NCBI GenBank assembly: GCA_910576955.1
Contig: CAJTJB010000004.1
Coordinates: forward strand, 712 to 64,711
DNA from: an uncultured Alphaproteobacteria bacterium
GTDB lineage: Bacteria > Pseudomonadota > Alphaproteobacteria > RF32 > CAG-239
DNA: 64,000 nucleotides
Direction: 5' to 3'
Part shown: positions 28,266-38,080 of the stretch, piece by piece
Position numbering within the stretch: the first letter of the stretch is position 1
Layout: every line of letters starts with the position of its first letter
Notes under the pieces: model-generated
Database searches by the model: none
What the model was told of the DNA's origin: nothing
What the model saw: the letters and a program-made list of their open reading frames with translations, nothing else
Program-made: the position numbers and the translations under genes

Positions 28266-28331
28266 TGTCAATCAGGTCTTGCTTTTTGTCTTGACAATTC
28301 TGCCGGTATTTTTTATTATCCGTTCCGTTAA
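28263..28331 (+). pseudogene. 22-codon remnant ORF (MCQSGLAFCLDNSAGIFYYPFR*) behind duplicated RBS: possible decayed tandem duplicate
   Basis: Same RBS/ATG context as 27544 gene; weak N-terminal resemblance (hydrophobic, Cys-containing). Confidence 0.3.
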
Positions 28332-28376
28332 AGAATTATTATTAAATCCCGTACCAAGGATACGGCAGTTATATTT

Positions 28377-28682
28377 ATGGCGACTATTAAAGAAAAATCA
28401 AAAAAAGAAAAACGCAGCGAGCGGATTTTCGGGTATATTCAGCTCGTTTTGATGATTGCGATGTTCGCATTGTGCCTGTGGGACTGGAAAGCCGGGGCTT
28501 GCGCTTTTTTCGCATTGACATGGAATGCTCAAAAATATGAAGAAGGCTGCGCCAAATGGAGTGTTGACGAATACGAAGACGGTTATCCCATTGAGGGGCT
28601 GCGTACCCTGTTTAAAAGCTGGCGTTGGCTGCCGCTTTGGCTTGCGGGACTATACCTCTTGCTGGTGTGGGTTTCGCATTGA
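28377..28682 (+). CDS. small membrane protein (2 predicted TM), hypothetical
   Basis: Hydrophobic segments IQLVLMIAMFALCLW and WLPLWLAGLYLLLVWV; weak RBS. Confidence 0.4.
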   Translation: MATIKEKSKKEKRSERIFGYIQLVLMIAMFALCLWDWKAGACAFFALTWNAQKYEEGCAKWSVDEYEDGYPIEGLRTLFKSWRWLPLWLAGLYLLLVWVSH

Positions 28683-28942
28683 TGTTTCGCTTTGCGGCGA
28701 TTTTTTCTTAAACAAAAACAGCGCGGATACGGTTGGTATCAGGCGCTGTTTTTGGTTTTGCGTGCCTTTTTATAAGGCAAAGGGAGGCGTGTCCCTTTAA
28801 TTAATAAATTTGGTTTTGCGCCCGTATCAGAGGCAGAAGACCAAAACGCCGTTTACAACAATCGTGATAAGCATACGGCTTTGTTTTTTAGGGTTAAACA
28901 ATAATATTATCTCACACAGGCAACCGAGCGGCGGCTGCTTTT

Positions 28943-29236
28943 TCATTCAAGGGCGACGGGCAAAAGCTCGTAAAACGCTTTGATTTCTTTGTACCAAGCC
29001 TCATATTTTTGACGCTTGTAAATCATCTGGCGGCAGCTTTCGACGCGTCGGGCGACTTCGTTGCGAAACAGTTTATATTCCAGCGGAAGGTTATCCCGCT
29101 CTTTGCCCGAAAGCTCGTCGCGCGAGTCGATACGGTTTTGCAAAATGGCAAATTTGGAGTAGAGGTCACCAAACGAACCGAGGCTCTTTTGCATCAGCTC
29201 GTGAATGTCAATGTTAAGAATCGTGTTGATATTCAT
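28943..29236 (-). CDS. hypothetical protein (97 aa)
   Basis: ORF only; no SD; helical composition. Confidence 0.35.
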   Translation of the reverse strand: MNINTILNIDIHELMQKSLGSFGDLYSKFAILQNRIDSRDELSGKERDNLPLEYKLFRNEVARRVESCRQMIYKRQKYEAWYKEIKAFYELLPVALE

Positions 29237-29424
29237 AATGATTTGTGTTAATAATTCGTGAATTGCCGATAGTGTATGCTCTTTTTATCCGGATGTCAAT
29301 ATAATTTAAAAATAATGCTTGACTTCGAGGTAACTCTAAATGTTACAGTAAGGGCAGAATCGGCGGGCAGGTTGCCTGCTTTGAAGTTATCTTGTTGTTT
29401 TAACATATTTTTAGAGAGGGAATA

Positions 29425-31173
29425 ATGGCATATTTGGAGAATGTTAATTCACCGGCGGATGTGAAAAAATTGTCAGTTAAAGAGTTGGAAAGTTTGGCGG
29501 GCGAGGTGCGCGCTGCTGTTTTGAAACGCGACAGCCTAATCGGCGGGCACGTCGGACCGAATTTGGGAATGGCAGATGCGATTATCGCGCTGCACTATGT
29601 GTTTAACTCGCCCGAGGATAAGATTGTGTTTGACGTGTCGCACCAATGCTATCCGCATAAGATTTTGACCGGACGGAAAAACGGCTTTGTGAATCCTGAA
29701 GATTACGGCAAGATTACCGGCTATACAAACCCCGCCGAGAGTGCGCACGACCACTTTACCATCGGGCATACGTCGACCTCTTTGTCGCTTGCGTCGGGAT
29801 TGGCAAAAGCGCGGGATTTGAAAGGCGAAAAGCACAATGTTATCGCGGTTATCGGCGACGGGTCGCTTTCCGGCGGCGAGGCGCTGGAGGGTTTGGACTT
29901 TGGCGGGTCGGAGCTTAACAGCAACTTTATTGTGGTGGTGAATGACAACCAGATGTCGATTGCCGAAAATCATGGCGGGCTGTATAAAAACTTGGAACTT
30001 TTGCGCCAGACAAACGGCAAGGCAGAGCTGAATTTGTTTAAGGCGCTCGGGTATGACTATGTTTATGTGAACGACGGCAACGATATTGCAACGTTAATTA
30101 AGGCATTTCAGAGCGTGAAAGACAGCACAAAACCGGTGGTGGTACATCTGAACACCAACAAAGGCAAGGGCTATGCACCGGCGGAGCAAAACAAAGAGCC
30201 GTGGCATTGGAGCGTGCCGTTTGATGTTGAGAGCGGCAAACCGACGGTTGATTTCGGCGCTGGCGAAACGTATAACGATATTACCTATAATCTGCTGACC
30301 GACAAGATTAAACAAGGTGAAAATGTGGTTTTGATGACGGCGGGAACGCCGGGTGTGTTTGGCTGGAATGTGGAGAAAAGAGCCGCTCTCGGCGCGCATT
30401 ATGTGGACGCGGGCATTGCCGAAGAACACTCGGTGGCGATGGCGTCGGCGTTGGCAAAGGGCGGGTGCAAACCGGTTTTTTGCGTGATGAGTTCGTTTAT
30501 CCAGCGCACATATGACCAATTGTCGCAGGATTTGGCGCTGAACCGCAATCCGGCGGTTATCCTTGTTTTTTGGGGCGGACTTTCGGGGGCGGACGCAACG
30601 CATCTGTGCTCGTTTGATATGGCGATGATGTCAAGCATTCCGAATTTGGTTTGTCTGGCGCCGACAAATAAAGACGAATATGTTGCAATGCTGAACTGGA
30701 GCTTAAAGCAAGACGAGCATCCGGTGGTTATCCGTGTACCGGCGGGCGCTCCGGTTGCCGGAATGGTTTCGCCGATTGCTCTGCATCGTTCGGAAGTGGT
30801 GGAACAAGGCAAAGGCGTGGCAATTTGGGCGCTCGGCAATTTTATGAAACTCGGGCGGGATGTTGTTGCCGCTTTGAAAGAAAAAGGCTTAGCTCCGACG
30901 CTTGTCAATCCGCGGTTTTACAATGCCGTTGATGAGGCGCTTTTGAGCGAGCTTAAGAAAAATCATAAGCTCTTTATCACGCTTGAAGATGGCGTTTTGG
31001 ACGGCGGATATGGCGAGAAAGTCGCGCGCTTCTTCGGGGCAAGCGATGTTCGGGTGTTGGCATACGGCGGCAAAAAGGAATTTACCGACCGCGAGCCGGT
31101 GGAGAGCATTTATGAGCGCAACCGTCTGACCGTGCCGCATATACTCGAAGATGTGTTGAGCTTATTGAAGTAA
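29425..31173 (+). CDS. dxs: 1-deoxy-D-xylulose-5-phosphate synthase
   Basis: N-terminal GGHVGPNLGMADAIIALHYVFNSPEDKIVFDVSHQCYPHKILTGR, TPP motif GDGSLSGGEALEG, transketolase-like C-terminus; GAGAGGGAA RBS. Confidence 0.9.
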   Translation: MAYLENVNSPADVKKLSVKELESLAGEVRAAVLKRDSLIGGHVGPNLGMADAIIALHYVFNSPEDKIVFDVSHQCYPHKILTGRKNGFVNPEDYGKITGYTNPAESAHDHFTIGHTSTSLSLASGLAKARDLKGEKHNVIAVIGDGSLSGGEALEGLDFGGSELNSNFIVVVNDNQMSIAENHGGLYKNLELLRQTNGKAELNLFKALGYDYVYVNDGNDIATLIKAFQSVKDSTKPVVVHLNTNKGKGYAPAEQNKEPWHWSVPFDVESGKPTVDFGAGETYNDITYNLLTDKIKQGENVVLMTAGTPGVFGWNVEKRAALGAHYVDAGIAEEHSVAMASALAKGGCKPVFCVMSSFIQRTYDQLSQDLALNRNPAVILVFWGGLSGADATHLCSFDMAMMSSIPNLVCLAPTNKDEYVAMLNWSLKQDEHPVVIRVPAGAPVAGMVSPIALHRSEVVEQGKGVAIWALGNFMKLGRDVVAALKEKGLAPTLVNPRFYNAVDEALLSELKKNHKLFITLEDGVLDGGYGEKVARFFGASDVRVLAYGGKKEFTDREPVESIYERNRLTVPHILEDVLSLLK

Positions 31174-31184
31174 TATATTTATAG

Positions 31185-31216
31185 AAGCCCTCGGAAACGG
31201 GGGCTTTATATTTTGT
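31185..31216 (+). terminator. probable intrinsic terminator after dxs
   Basis: AAGCCC..GGGCTT stem followed by T-rich tail. Confidence 0.45.
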
Positions 31217-31272
31217 TTGACATTTCGGGGCGGGTTTGCTAGTCTGGCTGGGTGTGGTATCCGGAGGACGCG

Positions 31273-32391
31273 ATGAAGAGAAATGTTAATTATGAACTGG
31301 CAGAAAAACGGCGGAAATTTCAGGTTTTTTATAATGAAAAGCTGCGCGGCGACTATGCGGAGCTTGAGGAAAAGCGCAAGCCGTATCTGAAAAGTTTTTA
31401 TTGGCGGGCGGCAATATTGGCGGCGTTTTTGTTTGTCAGCTATTTCTGTGGAATTATGAAATATATGGTCGAAAAGGATAATGACACGGCGGGAACAATC
31501 TGGGGCTTTGCCGTGCTTTTTTGGTGTGTGTATTGGTGGCGTCCGGTAGAAAATTATAAAGCAGATACGAAAAAGCTGGTGATGAATAAAATCCTTTCGT
31601 TTTGGGGCGATTTGACCTACCATACCTGTCCGGGGGCGGCGCATTCACTGGATGTTTTGGAGCGGTCGCGGCTGTTTGGCAACTTTAACCGGCGGGATTA
31701 TGACGATTGCTTTGAGGGCAGTTATAATGGCGTTAAGATTGCGGTTTCGGAGCAGGAATTGCGCGATGTGCGCGGCACGGGAAAAAACAGGCGCGACGTG
31801 CAGATATTTAAAGGGATTTTGATTTCTCTGGAGATGCCGAAGAAATTTCACGGGCAGACGGTGGTGCATGCGAAAGGATGGGGCATTATTATCGCGGTGG
31901 CTGCGGTGGCGCTGTTTTTGGCGCTGATGTACGGGGCGGCGTTTTTGGGTGTGCTTGGAAAACGGGATGTGCTGGCGTTGGTGACGATTTTTCCGGTGTT
32001 GGCATTTTTTCTGTTTGGCGGATATTGGATTGTTAAAGACTGGTTTAAAAAACGCCGGAAAATGCAGCAGGTGGCGCTTGAGGACGTGGTGTTTGACAAA
32101 CATTGGAATGTGGAATCAACTGACCAGATTGAGGCGCGCTATGTGCTCACACCGGCGTTTATGGAGCGGATGCTTGAGGTGAAAAAGCGGTTTAAAGGCA
32201 ATAAAATCGAGTTTTCGTTTTGGAACAATAAAGTGTTGATTGCCGTGCATACGGGCAAAGATATGTTTGAAACAACGTCGCTGTTTACGCCAGCGCTTGA
32301 TTATCGCAAGGTGCAAGAGGTGGTGACGCAGTTTTACAGCGTGTTTTCGGTGGCGGATGTGCTGCTGGGGATGAGGGAGAAAAGAGGATAG
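31273..32391 (+). CDS. hypothetical membrane protein (2 TM pairs), DUF-type
   Basis: Start at MKRNVN (GGAGGA RBS); hydrophobic pairs AAILAAFLFVSYFCGI / FAVLFWCVYWW and IIAVAAVALFLALMYGAAFLGV / VTIFPVLAFFLFGGYWIV. Confidence 0.6.
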   Translation: MKRNVNYELAEKRRKFQVFYNEKLRGDYAELEEKRKPYLKSFYWRAAILAAFLFVSYFCGIMKYMVEKDNDTAGTIWGFAVLFWCVYWWRPVENYKADTKKLVMNKILSFWGDLTYHTCPGAAHSLDVLERSRLFGNFNRRDYDDCFEGSYNGVKIAVSEQELRDVRGTGKNRRDVQIFKGILISLEMPKKFHGQTVVHAKGWGIIIAVAAVALFLALMYGAAFLGVLGKRDVLALVTIFPVLAFFLFGGYWIVKDWFKKRRKMQQVALEDVVFDKHWNVESTDQIEARYVLTPAFMERMLEVKKRFKGNKIEFSFWNNKVLIAVHTGKDMFETTSLFTPALDYRKVQEVVTQFYSVFSVADVLLGMREKRG

Positions 32392-32394
32392 TCT

Positions 32395-32500
32395 GTTTTC
32401 ACCCCCACCCATCCTCCCCCCTCAAGGGGGAGGGGATGAGGGAGAATTGTTTGAGTCATTGCGAGGAACGGAGTGACGCGGCAATCTTTTGAGGGGATGA
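32395..32500. repeat. G/C palindrome (CCTCCCCCCTCAAGGGGGAGG) + GTCATTGCGAGG element; likely functions as terminator
   Basis: Dispersed families; sits at 3' end of 31273..32391. Confidence 0.7.
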
Positions 32501-32535
32501 AATATGCGCTTTTATGAAACAAAGGAGAAGAGCTG

Positions 32536-33138
32536 ATGAAAAAATATTTATTGATACTGATTGCTGTTTTGGCGGTGGTGAATGCGGCGGAGGCAAAGCG
32601 GGCTTTTTATGTGGAAAAAGAAGTGCGCTGCGGGGCGGGCGAGATGTGTTATGAAGCCGCAAGCGGGCTACCGCTGAACGGTATGCTGCGGAAGTATTAT
32701 GCCGATGGTGTGGCACGCGAAGATATCACCTATGCCAACGGTATCAAAAACGGCGTGGCGCGGCATTATTATCCCGATGGCAAACAGCAGGCATATATGG
32801 TGTATCAAAACGGCGTGCTTGAGGGCGGCGTTTCCACTTATTACAACAGCGGCAATACGGAATATGAAACCGCTTATGTTCACGGCGTGATGCACGGGGT
32901 GCGCAAGGGCTATTATGAAGACGGGACGCTGATGTTGGAGGGCGAATATATCAACGGTGCAAAAAACGGGCGCGAACGGCGCTATTATGCCGATGGCAAG
33001 CTCAAAAGCGAGATTGTGTTTGATATGGGGGCGATAACGGCGGCGAGCTGCCGGATGGCTGACGGGCAGCGCATTGATTTTACGGATAAAGCGGATGCGT
33101 ATTTGCTTATCGGGCAGACACCCTGCGGCGTCTATTAG
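32536..33138 (+). CDS. secreted MORN-variant repeat protein (YwqK-family antitoxin-like)
   Basis: Signal peptide MKKYLLILIAVLAVVNAAEA; repeated YY.DG....E..Y.NG.K.G motifs. Confidence 0.75.
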   Translation: MKKYLLILIAVLAVVNAAEAKRAFYVEKEVRCGAGEMCYEAASGLPLNGMLRKYYADGVAREDITYANGIKNGVARHYYPDGKQQAYMVYQNGVLEGGVSTYYNSGNTEYETAYVHGVMHGVRKGYYEDGTLMLEGEYINGAKNGRERRYYADGKLKSEIVFDMGAITAASCRMADGQRIDFTDKADAYLLIGQTPCGVY

Positions 33139-33779
33139 GCGTTGATTCTTTCCTCGTATTTACGGATAATTTCGGCAGTGACTTCCTCAATCGTGCCGCC
33201 GGCGTTAATGACGATAAACCGCTCGGGGGCGTTTTGGGCAAGCTCCAGATAACCGTTGCGCAGGCGCTCGTGGAACGAAATATCGACATTTTCAAACCGC
33301 AGTTCTTTGTTTGCCATTGTTTCGGCTTTTTTGAAACTGCGTTCCAAACCCTGACGGACGTCTATATCCAATAAAAATGTAATATCCGGTTTAAAATCGC
33401 CTGCGACCATTTGATAAAGTGTATCCATAATTTTCGTGTCGGCAAATTTATTGGAACCGTAATATTGGTATGCGATTGTCGAATCGTTAAAACGGTCGGA
33501 AAGGACGATTTTGTTTTCTTTTAATGCCGGCAGGATGACTTTGGTCAGGTCTATGCGGCGGTCGGCATAAAAGAGCAGCATTTCGGTCAGCTCGTCAAAC
33601 TTATCTTTATCGCCCTCTACCAAAAGGCGGCGGATTTCTTTGCCCGTTTCCGTGCCGCCGGGTTCGCGCGTGGTGATAACGGCGTGTCCTTTGCTTTTTA
33701 AGTATTCGGCAAAGCGGGAGAGTTGCAGCGATTTGCCCGAGCCTTCGCCGCCCTCAAAGGTGATGAACTTGCCGGACAT
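33135..33779 (-). CDS. tmk: thymidylate kinase
   Basis: Start at MSGKFITFEGGEGSGKS (P-loop) with GGAGA RBS; DRY/lid region conserved. Confidence 0.9.
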   Translation of the reverse strand: MSGKFITFEGGEGSGKSLQLSRFAEYLKSKGHAVITTREPGGTETGKEIRRLLVEGDKDKFDELTEMLLFYADRRIDLTKVILPALKENKIVLSDRFNDSTIAYQYYGSNKFADTKIMDTLYQMVAGDFKPDITFLLDIDVRQGLERSFKKAETMANKELRFENVDISFHERLRNGYLELAQNAPERFIVINAGGTIEEVTAEIIRKYEERINA

Positions 33780-33780
33780 T

Positions 33781-34959
33781 CTATTTCTCCGCACCGAAAA
33801 CAAAATATTTGAGGTTGGCTAAAAAGCGGCTGAACGCGCCGATTTTAGCAACGTCTTCTTTGGCAACGAGCGGGATTTTATCTACCGTGTTATCGCCATA
33901 GGTGATAAACAGCTCGCCGACTTTGTCGCCCTTAAACACCGGCGCTTTAACCGGCGTGTCATAAACGGCTTTGGCTTTATATTTGTTTTTGGTGCTCTTT
34001 TTAACGGTTTTAACCACATTGTGCGGCACAACGGCGTGTACGCTCGGGCTGGTGCCGTACCAGACGGGAATTTCCGCCATAATCTGATTTTCGGTAAAGA
34101 ATTTGTAGTTTTCAAAACCGGCAAAGCCCCATGTCATCAGACTCTCGGTTTCCTCTGCGCGTTCTTTGTTGCTGGAAAGCCCCGACACAACCTCAATGAG
34201 CCGGCGGTCGCCGCGCACCACCGAGCCGGTGAGGCAGAAACCCGCCTCGTCGGTGTGTCCGGTTTTTAAGCCGTCCGAGCCTTTGAGGCTATAGAGCAAC
34301 GGGTTGCGGTTGCCCTGTTTGATGCCGTTAAAGGTGAATTCTTTTTCTTTGAAAACGTGGTAAAACTCGGGAAATTCTTTGATAATGCGGCGGGCAAGCT
34401 GCGCCAAATCTTCAACCGAAATGCGGTGTTCGGGGTGGGGCAGTCCGGTCGCGTTTACGAAATGCGCGTTTTTCAAGCCGATTTTTTCAGCCGTTTCGTT
34501 TAACAGCGCGGCAAACTCTTCTTCCGATCCGGCGATGTTTTCGGCAACGGTGATGCAGGCGTCATTGCCTGACTGGATGATGATGCCCTTAATCAGGTCT
34601 TCAACCTTAACTTCCTGCCCGATTTTTAAAAACATTGTCGAACCGCCCGACGCCGCGCCGCCTTTGCGCCATGCTTTTTCGCTGACGGTGAATTTATCCT
34701 CTAAAGAAATTTCGCCCTCTTTGAGCTTGCTTAAGAGCACATAAACGGTCATCAGCTTGCTCATGGAGGCAGGGGGAATCATTTCCTCGTGATTTTTCGT
34801 AAACAGGTACGCGCCCGTTTCATAATCCATCAAAATCGCATTTTTCGCTTTGGTTTCAAACGCGTTGGCAGCGGCTGCCAGCGATAAAAAGGAAAGGCCT
34901 GCCGCAAGGGCAAAAATATTCTTTAAGGTCATAATCTCGGTTCTCCTAACCTTGAACAA
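33781..34959 (-). CDS. D-alanyl-D-alanine carboxypeptidase (PBP5/6 family)
   Basis: Signal peptide; SMSK (SxxK), SGN, KTG motifs; C-terminal beta-sandwich domain. Confidence 0.85.
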   Translation of the reverse strand: MFKVRRTEIMTLKNIFALAAGLSFLSLAAAANAFETKAKNAILMDYETGAYLFTKNHEEMIPPASMSKLMTVYVLLSKLKEGEISLEDKFTVSEKAWRKGGAASGGSTMFLKIGQEVKVEDLIKGIIIQSGNDACITVAENIAGSEEEFAALLNETAEKIGLKNAHFVNATGLPHPEHRISVEDLAQLARRIIKEFPEFYHVFKEKEFTFNGIKQGNRNPLLYSLKGSDGLKTGHTDEAGFCLTGSVVRGDRRLIEVVSGLSSNKERAEETESLMTWGFAGFENYKFFTENQIMAEIPVWYGTSPSVHAVVPHNVVKTVKKSTKNKYKAKAVYDTPVKAPVFKGDKVGELFITYGDNTVDKIPLVAKEDVAKIGAFSRFLANLKYFVFGAEK

Positions 34960-35878
34960 TGGTTACGTCGGCGTGCCCGTAATCAAGCACGCGGTCTAAA
35001 ATCTGCAAAGCCTCGTCACGGCTCTGGTATGCGCCCAGACGCACGCGGTAAACGCCGTCTTTGCTCAAATATGCTTCATAAATCGACACTTTGCCGAAAC
35101 GCTGCATTGAGGCGGCCATTTGCTTGGCTTTTTCATAATCCGAAAATGCGCCGACCTGCACAAAATACGGACCTTTTGCCGGAATGGCAGCGGCATTGGC
35201 ATAAGCCGCGGGGGCTTTGGCGGTGATTTCGTATTTGATATTTTGCACCGGAGCGGCAGTCGGCTCGGTTGCGGCGACTGCGCCGTAGCTGATTGCCGAG
35301 GCATAGGTTTTGGAGCTGTTGTCTTTGGAGAGCATTGCCTCTTTGAGCGCGCGGCTTTCCTTTTCCATAATCTCGACTTTTACTCTGGCGGTGCCTTTGT
35401 TTTTGTAGCCCAAAAGTTCCGCGCCTTTTTGCGACACGTCGATAATGCGGTTTTTAACATACGGACCGCGGTCATTAACGCGCGCGATGATTGATTTGCC
35501 GTTTTCGAGGTTGGTTACTTTCACGATGGAGGGCAGCGGCAGCGTGCGGTGTGCGGCGGTGATGGCGCGCATATTGTAGGTTTCGCCGTTGGCGGTGCGC
35601 TTGTTGTGGAAATCATCGCCATACCACGAGGCTATGCCGGTTTCGGAATATGAATAATCCTCTCTCGGGGTGTAGCTTTGCCCTAATACTTTGTAGGGGG
35701 TGCCGACTTTGTATATGCCGCCGTCCGCTTTGATGGATTTGACCTCGTCGGGGAGGTTTTTATAGGCAAACTCTTTGGGTTCGGAAGAGCAGCCTGCAAG
35801 CAGCAAAAGCGCGGCAAGGCTTGAATAAACTTTTATGTTTGGTTGTATTTTCATCATTTTTTGTTTGTCCTTTTGCAA
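34946..35878 (-). CDS. rlpA: septal ring lytic transglycosylase RlpA with C-terminal SPOR domain
   Basis: Lipoprotein signal (LLLAGCSS), DPBB domain (ASWYGDDFHNKRTANGETYN...RVNDRGP), SPOR-like C-terminus (YFVQVGAFSDYEKAKQMAAS...YRVRLGAYQSRDEA). Confidence 0.85.
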   Translation of the reverse strand: MQKDKQKMMKIQPNIKVYSSLAALLLLAGCSSEPKEFAYKNLPDEVKSIKADGGIYKVGTPYKVLGQSYTPREDYSYSETGIASWYGDDFHNKRTANGETYNMRAITAAHRTLPLPSIVKVTNLENGKSIIARVNDRGPYVKNRIIDVSQKGAELLGYKNKGTARVKVEIMEKESRALKEAMLSKDNSSKTYASAISYGAVAATEPTAAPVQNIKYEITAKAPAAYANAAAIPAKGPYFVQVGAFSDYEKAKQMAASMQRFGKVSIYEAYLSKDGVYRVRLGAYQSRDEALQILDRVLDYGHADVTIVQG

Positions 35879-36037
35879 TCTAACATAACTTAACCTTTGG
35901 GGGATGTAAAGCGCTTTTCATAAGTTGTCACACGCTTAAAATTATCCCGCTTTCTTAAAAAAATTTTTGACAATTATAAAGTTTGACCGTATTATAACCC
36001 GTAAATTCTTAATAAAAAGTAAGGGATGAGGCTTAAG

Positions 36038-36676
36038 ATGAATAAAAACGGCGTATTTTTCGGGTTGGCAGCGGGGATGCTGCTGGCATTTTCGGCAGGC
36101 GCGGCGGAAGTGGAAATGCTTAAAGCCGAAGACGAAAACCTGCTTGAGGCAGAACCGGCGGTTTCGCGCCCGTTGAAGATTACCAAGCCGTTTTATACCG
36201 GGGCGGTGAAAATGAAAAAAACAGCGCCGCTTACGGAAGAAATGCTGCAGCCCCAAACGGCAAAACGCCGGACTCGGCATGAAAGCGAAAATGTTGTTAA
36301 ACTGCGGAATATGATAGGCTATTGTTTGGATGTGCGCCAAGACCGGATTGAACTGGAGCGCAGTATGTACGAGCGTTTGAAAACGCCCGAGAGCCTTGCT
36401 TATTTGTCGCAGACAATGCGCGATGTCAACCTTTGCTATGAAGATGTCGGGCTTGAGATTATCGAAACCTATTACGGCAGCGATGTTAACGAGCTGGCAA
36501 AGCACCACGATATTTCCCAGACGTTTTATGTGAACGGGACGGGGCTTAATTTTGACCCGAAATATTGCGGCGAAACCTGCTCGATGGACGCGGTGCTGAA
36601 TGCGCAGATGGCAAAATATGCGGAATTTCGCGTGTATCTGACCAAGCTTTTGGAAGAGCGTCCGCAGGGGAACTAG
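36038..36676 (+). CDS. secreted hypothetical protein
   Basis: Start at MNKNG (GAGG RBS); signal peptide VFFGLAAGMLLAFSAGAA. Confidence 0.55.
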   Translation: MNKNGVFFGLAAGMLLAFSAGAAEVEMLKAEDENLLEAEPAVSRPLKITKPFYTGAVKMKKTAPLTEEMLQPQTAKRRTRHESENVVKLRNMIGYCLDVRQDRIELERSMYERLKTPESLAYLSQTMRDVNLCYEDVGLEIIETYYGSDVNELAKHHDISQTFYVNGTGLNFDPKYCGETCSMDAVLNAQMAKYAEFRVYLTKLLEERPQGN

Positions 36677-36682
36677 GGCGCG

Positions 36683-37726
36683 ATGGCTGGCGAATCTGTT
36701 TATCCGAACCTTAATCCGTACCTTATCGGGCATGATGAGGAGCTTAATCTCTTTTTATCCGCGTTTAACGGCGGGGCGCTGCACCATGGCTGGCTGATTA
36801 CCGGCGATGAGGGAATCGGCAAGGCAACGCTTGCTTATAAAATCGCGCGGTTTTTGCTTTCGGCGGAAGACGGAAAAACGTATGCGTCGCTGGATGTGCC
36901 GGCGGACAGTGCAGTGTTTGCGCAGGTGGCACAAAAATCGCATCCGGATTTTAAGGTGTTGGAGCGCGATTTTACCGAAACCGACAAGAAAAAGCTGATT
37001 AAGGCGATTAAAGACGGCACCGACAGCGGCGAGGAAATGCGCCAAGGGCTCAAACGCTCGGCGGTGATTAAGGTGGAAGACGTGCGCGACGTGGTGGCTT
37101 TTCTTTCCAAAAAGTCGTTTAACGACAACTGGCGCGTGGTGATTGTGGACAGCGCAGATGATTTGAACACCTCGAGTGCGAATGCGCTGTTAAAGATTTT
37201 GGAAGAACCGCCGCTCAAGAGCATTTTGCTCTTAATCTCGCATAACCCCGGAAAGCTGTTGCCGACTATTCGCTCGCGCTGTGCAAAGCTGGCGCTGAAA
37301 CCGCTCAAAGAGGGCGAGGTTGCGAGTTTGCTGCGCCGCTATAAGTCGGAGCTGAAAGAAGCGGATGTGCAGGGGCTTGCCAAAATTGCCGCGGGCAGTA
37401 TCGGGCGGGCATTGAAATATGCGGAAAACGACGCGCTCGCGATGTATGAAAATATCAAAAAAATCTGCTATGGTGGGGCAAAGGGCGACGGGCAGCTGCT
37501 GCTTGATTTGGCGGCGGATGTTGCTGCGGATGAGGATTGCTGGGATTTGTTTGCGGAGTTGATTTGCCGGTTTGCGCGTGATAACCTTGCCGACGCGGCG
37601 CACCCGCGCGAGATGTATGAGGCTTATGAGCAGGCATTGAAGATTTTGGATGAAACCGTGCGGCTGAATATGGATAAAAAGCAGGCGGTGTTGCAGATTT
37701 TGATTAAATTCGGCAGTGTGTTTTAG
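36683..37726 (+). CDS. holB: DNA polymerase III delta' subunit
   Basis: AAA+ clamp-loader fold: GHDEE..HHGWLITGDEGIGKATLA, VVIVDSADDLN, SRC motif (TIRSRC). Confidence 0.85.
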   Translation: MAGESVYPNLNPYLIGHDEELNLFLSAFNGGALHHGWLITGDEGIGKATLAYKIARFLLSAEDGKTYASLDVPADSAVFAQVAQKSHPDFKVLERDFTETDKKKLIKAIKDGTDSGEEMRQGLKRSAVIKVEDVRDVVAFLSKKSFNDNWRVVIVDSADDLNTSSANALLKILEEPPLKSILLLISHNPGKLLPTIRSRCAKLALKPLKEGEVASLLRRYKSELKEADVQGLAKIAAGSIGRALKYAENDALAMYENIKKICYGGAKGDGQLLLDLAADVAADEDCWDLFAELICRFARDNLADAAHPREMYEAYEQALKILDETVRLNMDKKQAVLQILIKFGSVF

Positions 37727-37774
37727 GTTTTTTTAAGATATAAACAGGCGGTCACATTGTTGTTTCCATAAATA

Positions 37775-38080
37775 GCTGTATGTTGTCCCCATCCCCCTTA
37801 CCTTTCTTGCTTCGTAAGGGTGCGCTTATTGCGCGCCCTAACTTCGCTTCGGGCAAGCCAGTGCTAGGGTTCGCTTTGTTGGCGTTTCCGCCAAGTCGCT
37901 TACCAAGCACTGCTATTGCTCTCGGTCAAAAGAGCCCACTGGGCTTTTTTGACTATGCGAGCCCCGCACTGGGGGGAGGAGGTTCAAAGAGCGAGCCCCT
38001 CAATGGGGAAAGGTGTGTGCCGTATGGGATTTCCCTTCCCGCGGTGGGAGGGGAGATACAAGGAGGGCTTGTTGTTAGCG
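37775..38080. repeat. BIME-like repeat cluster with + orientation copy of structured terminator element (37781..37953)
   Basis: About 95% identical to 10703..10875 incl. hairpins GGGTGCGC-TT(G/A)TT-GCGCGCCC, TTGGCG-TTTC-CGCCAA and terminator GCCCACTGGGC+T6. Confidence 0.8.
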
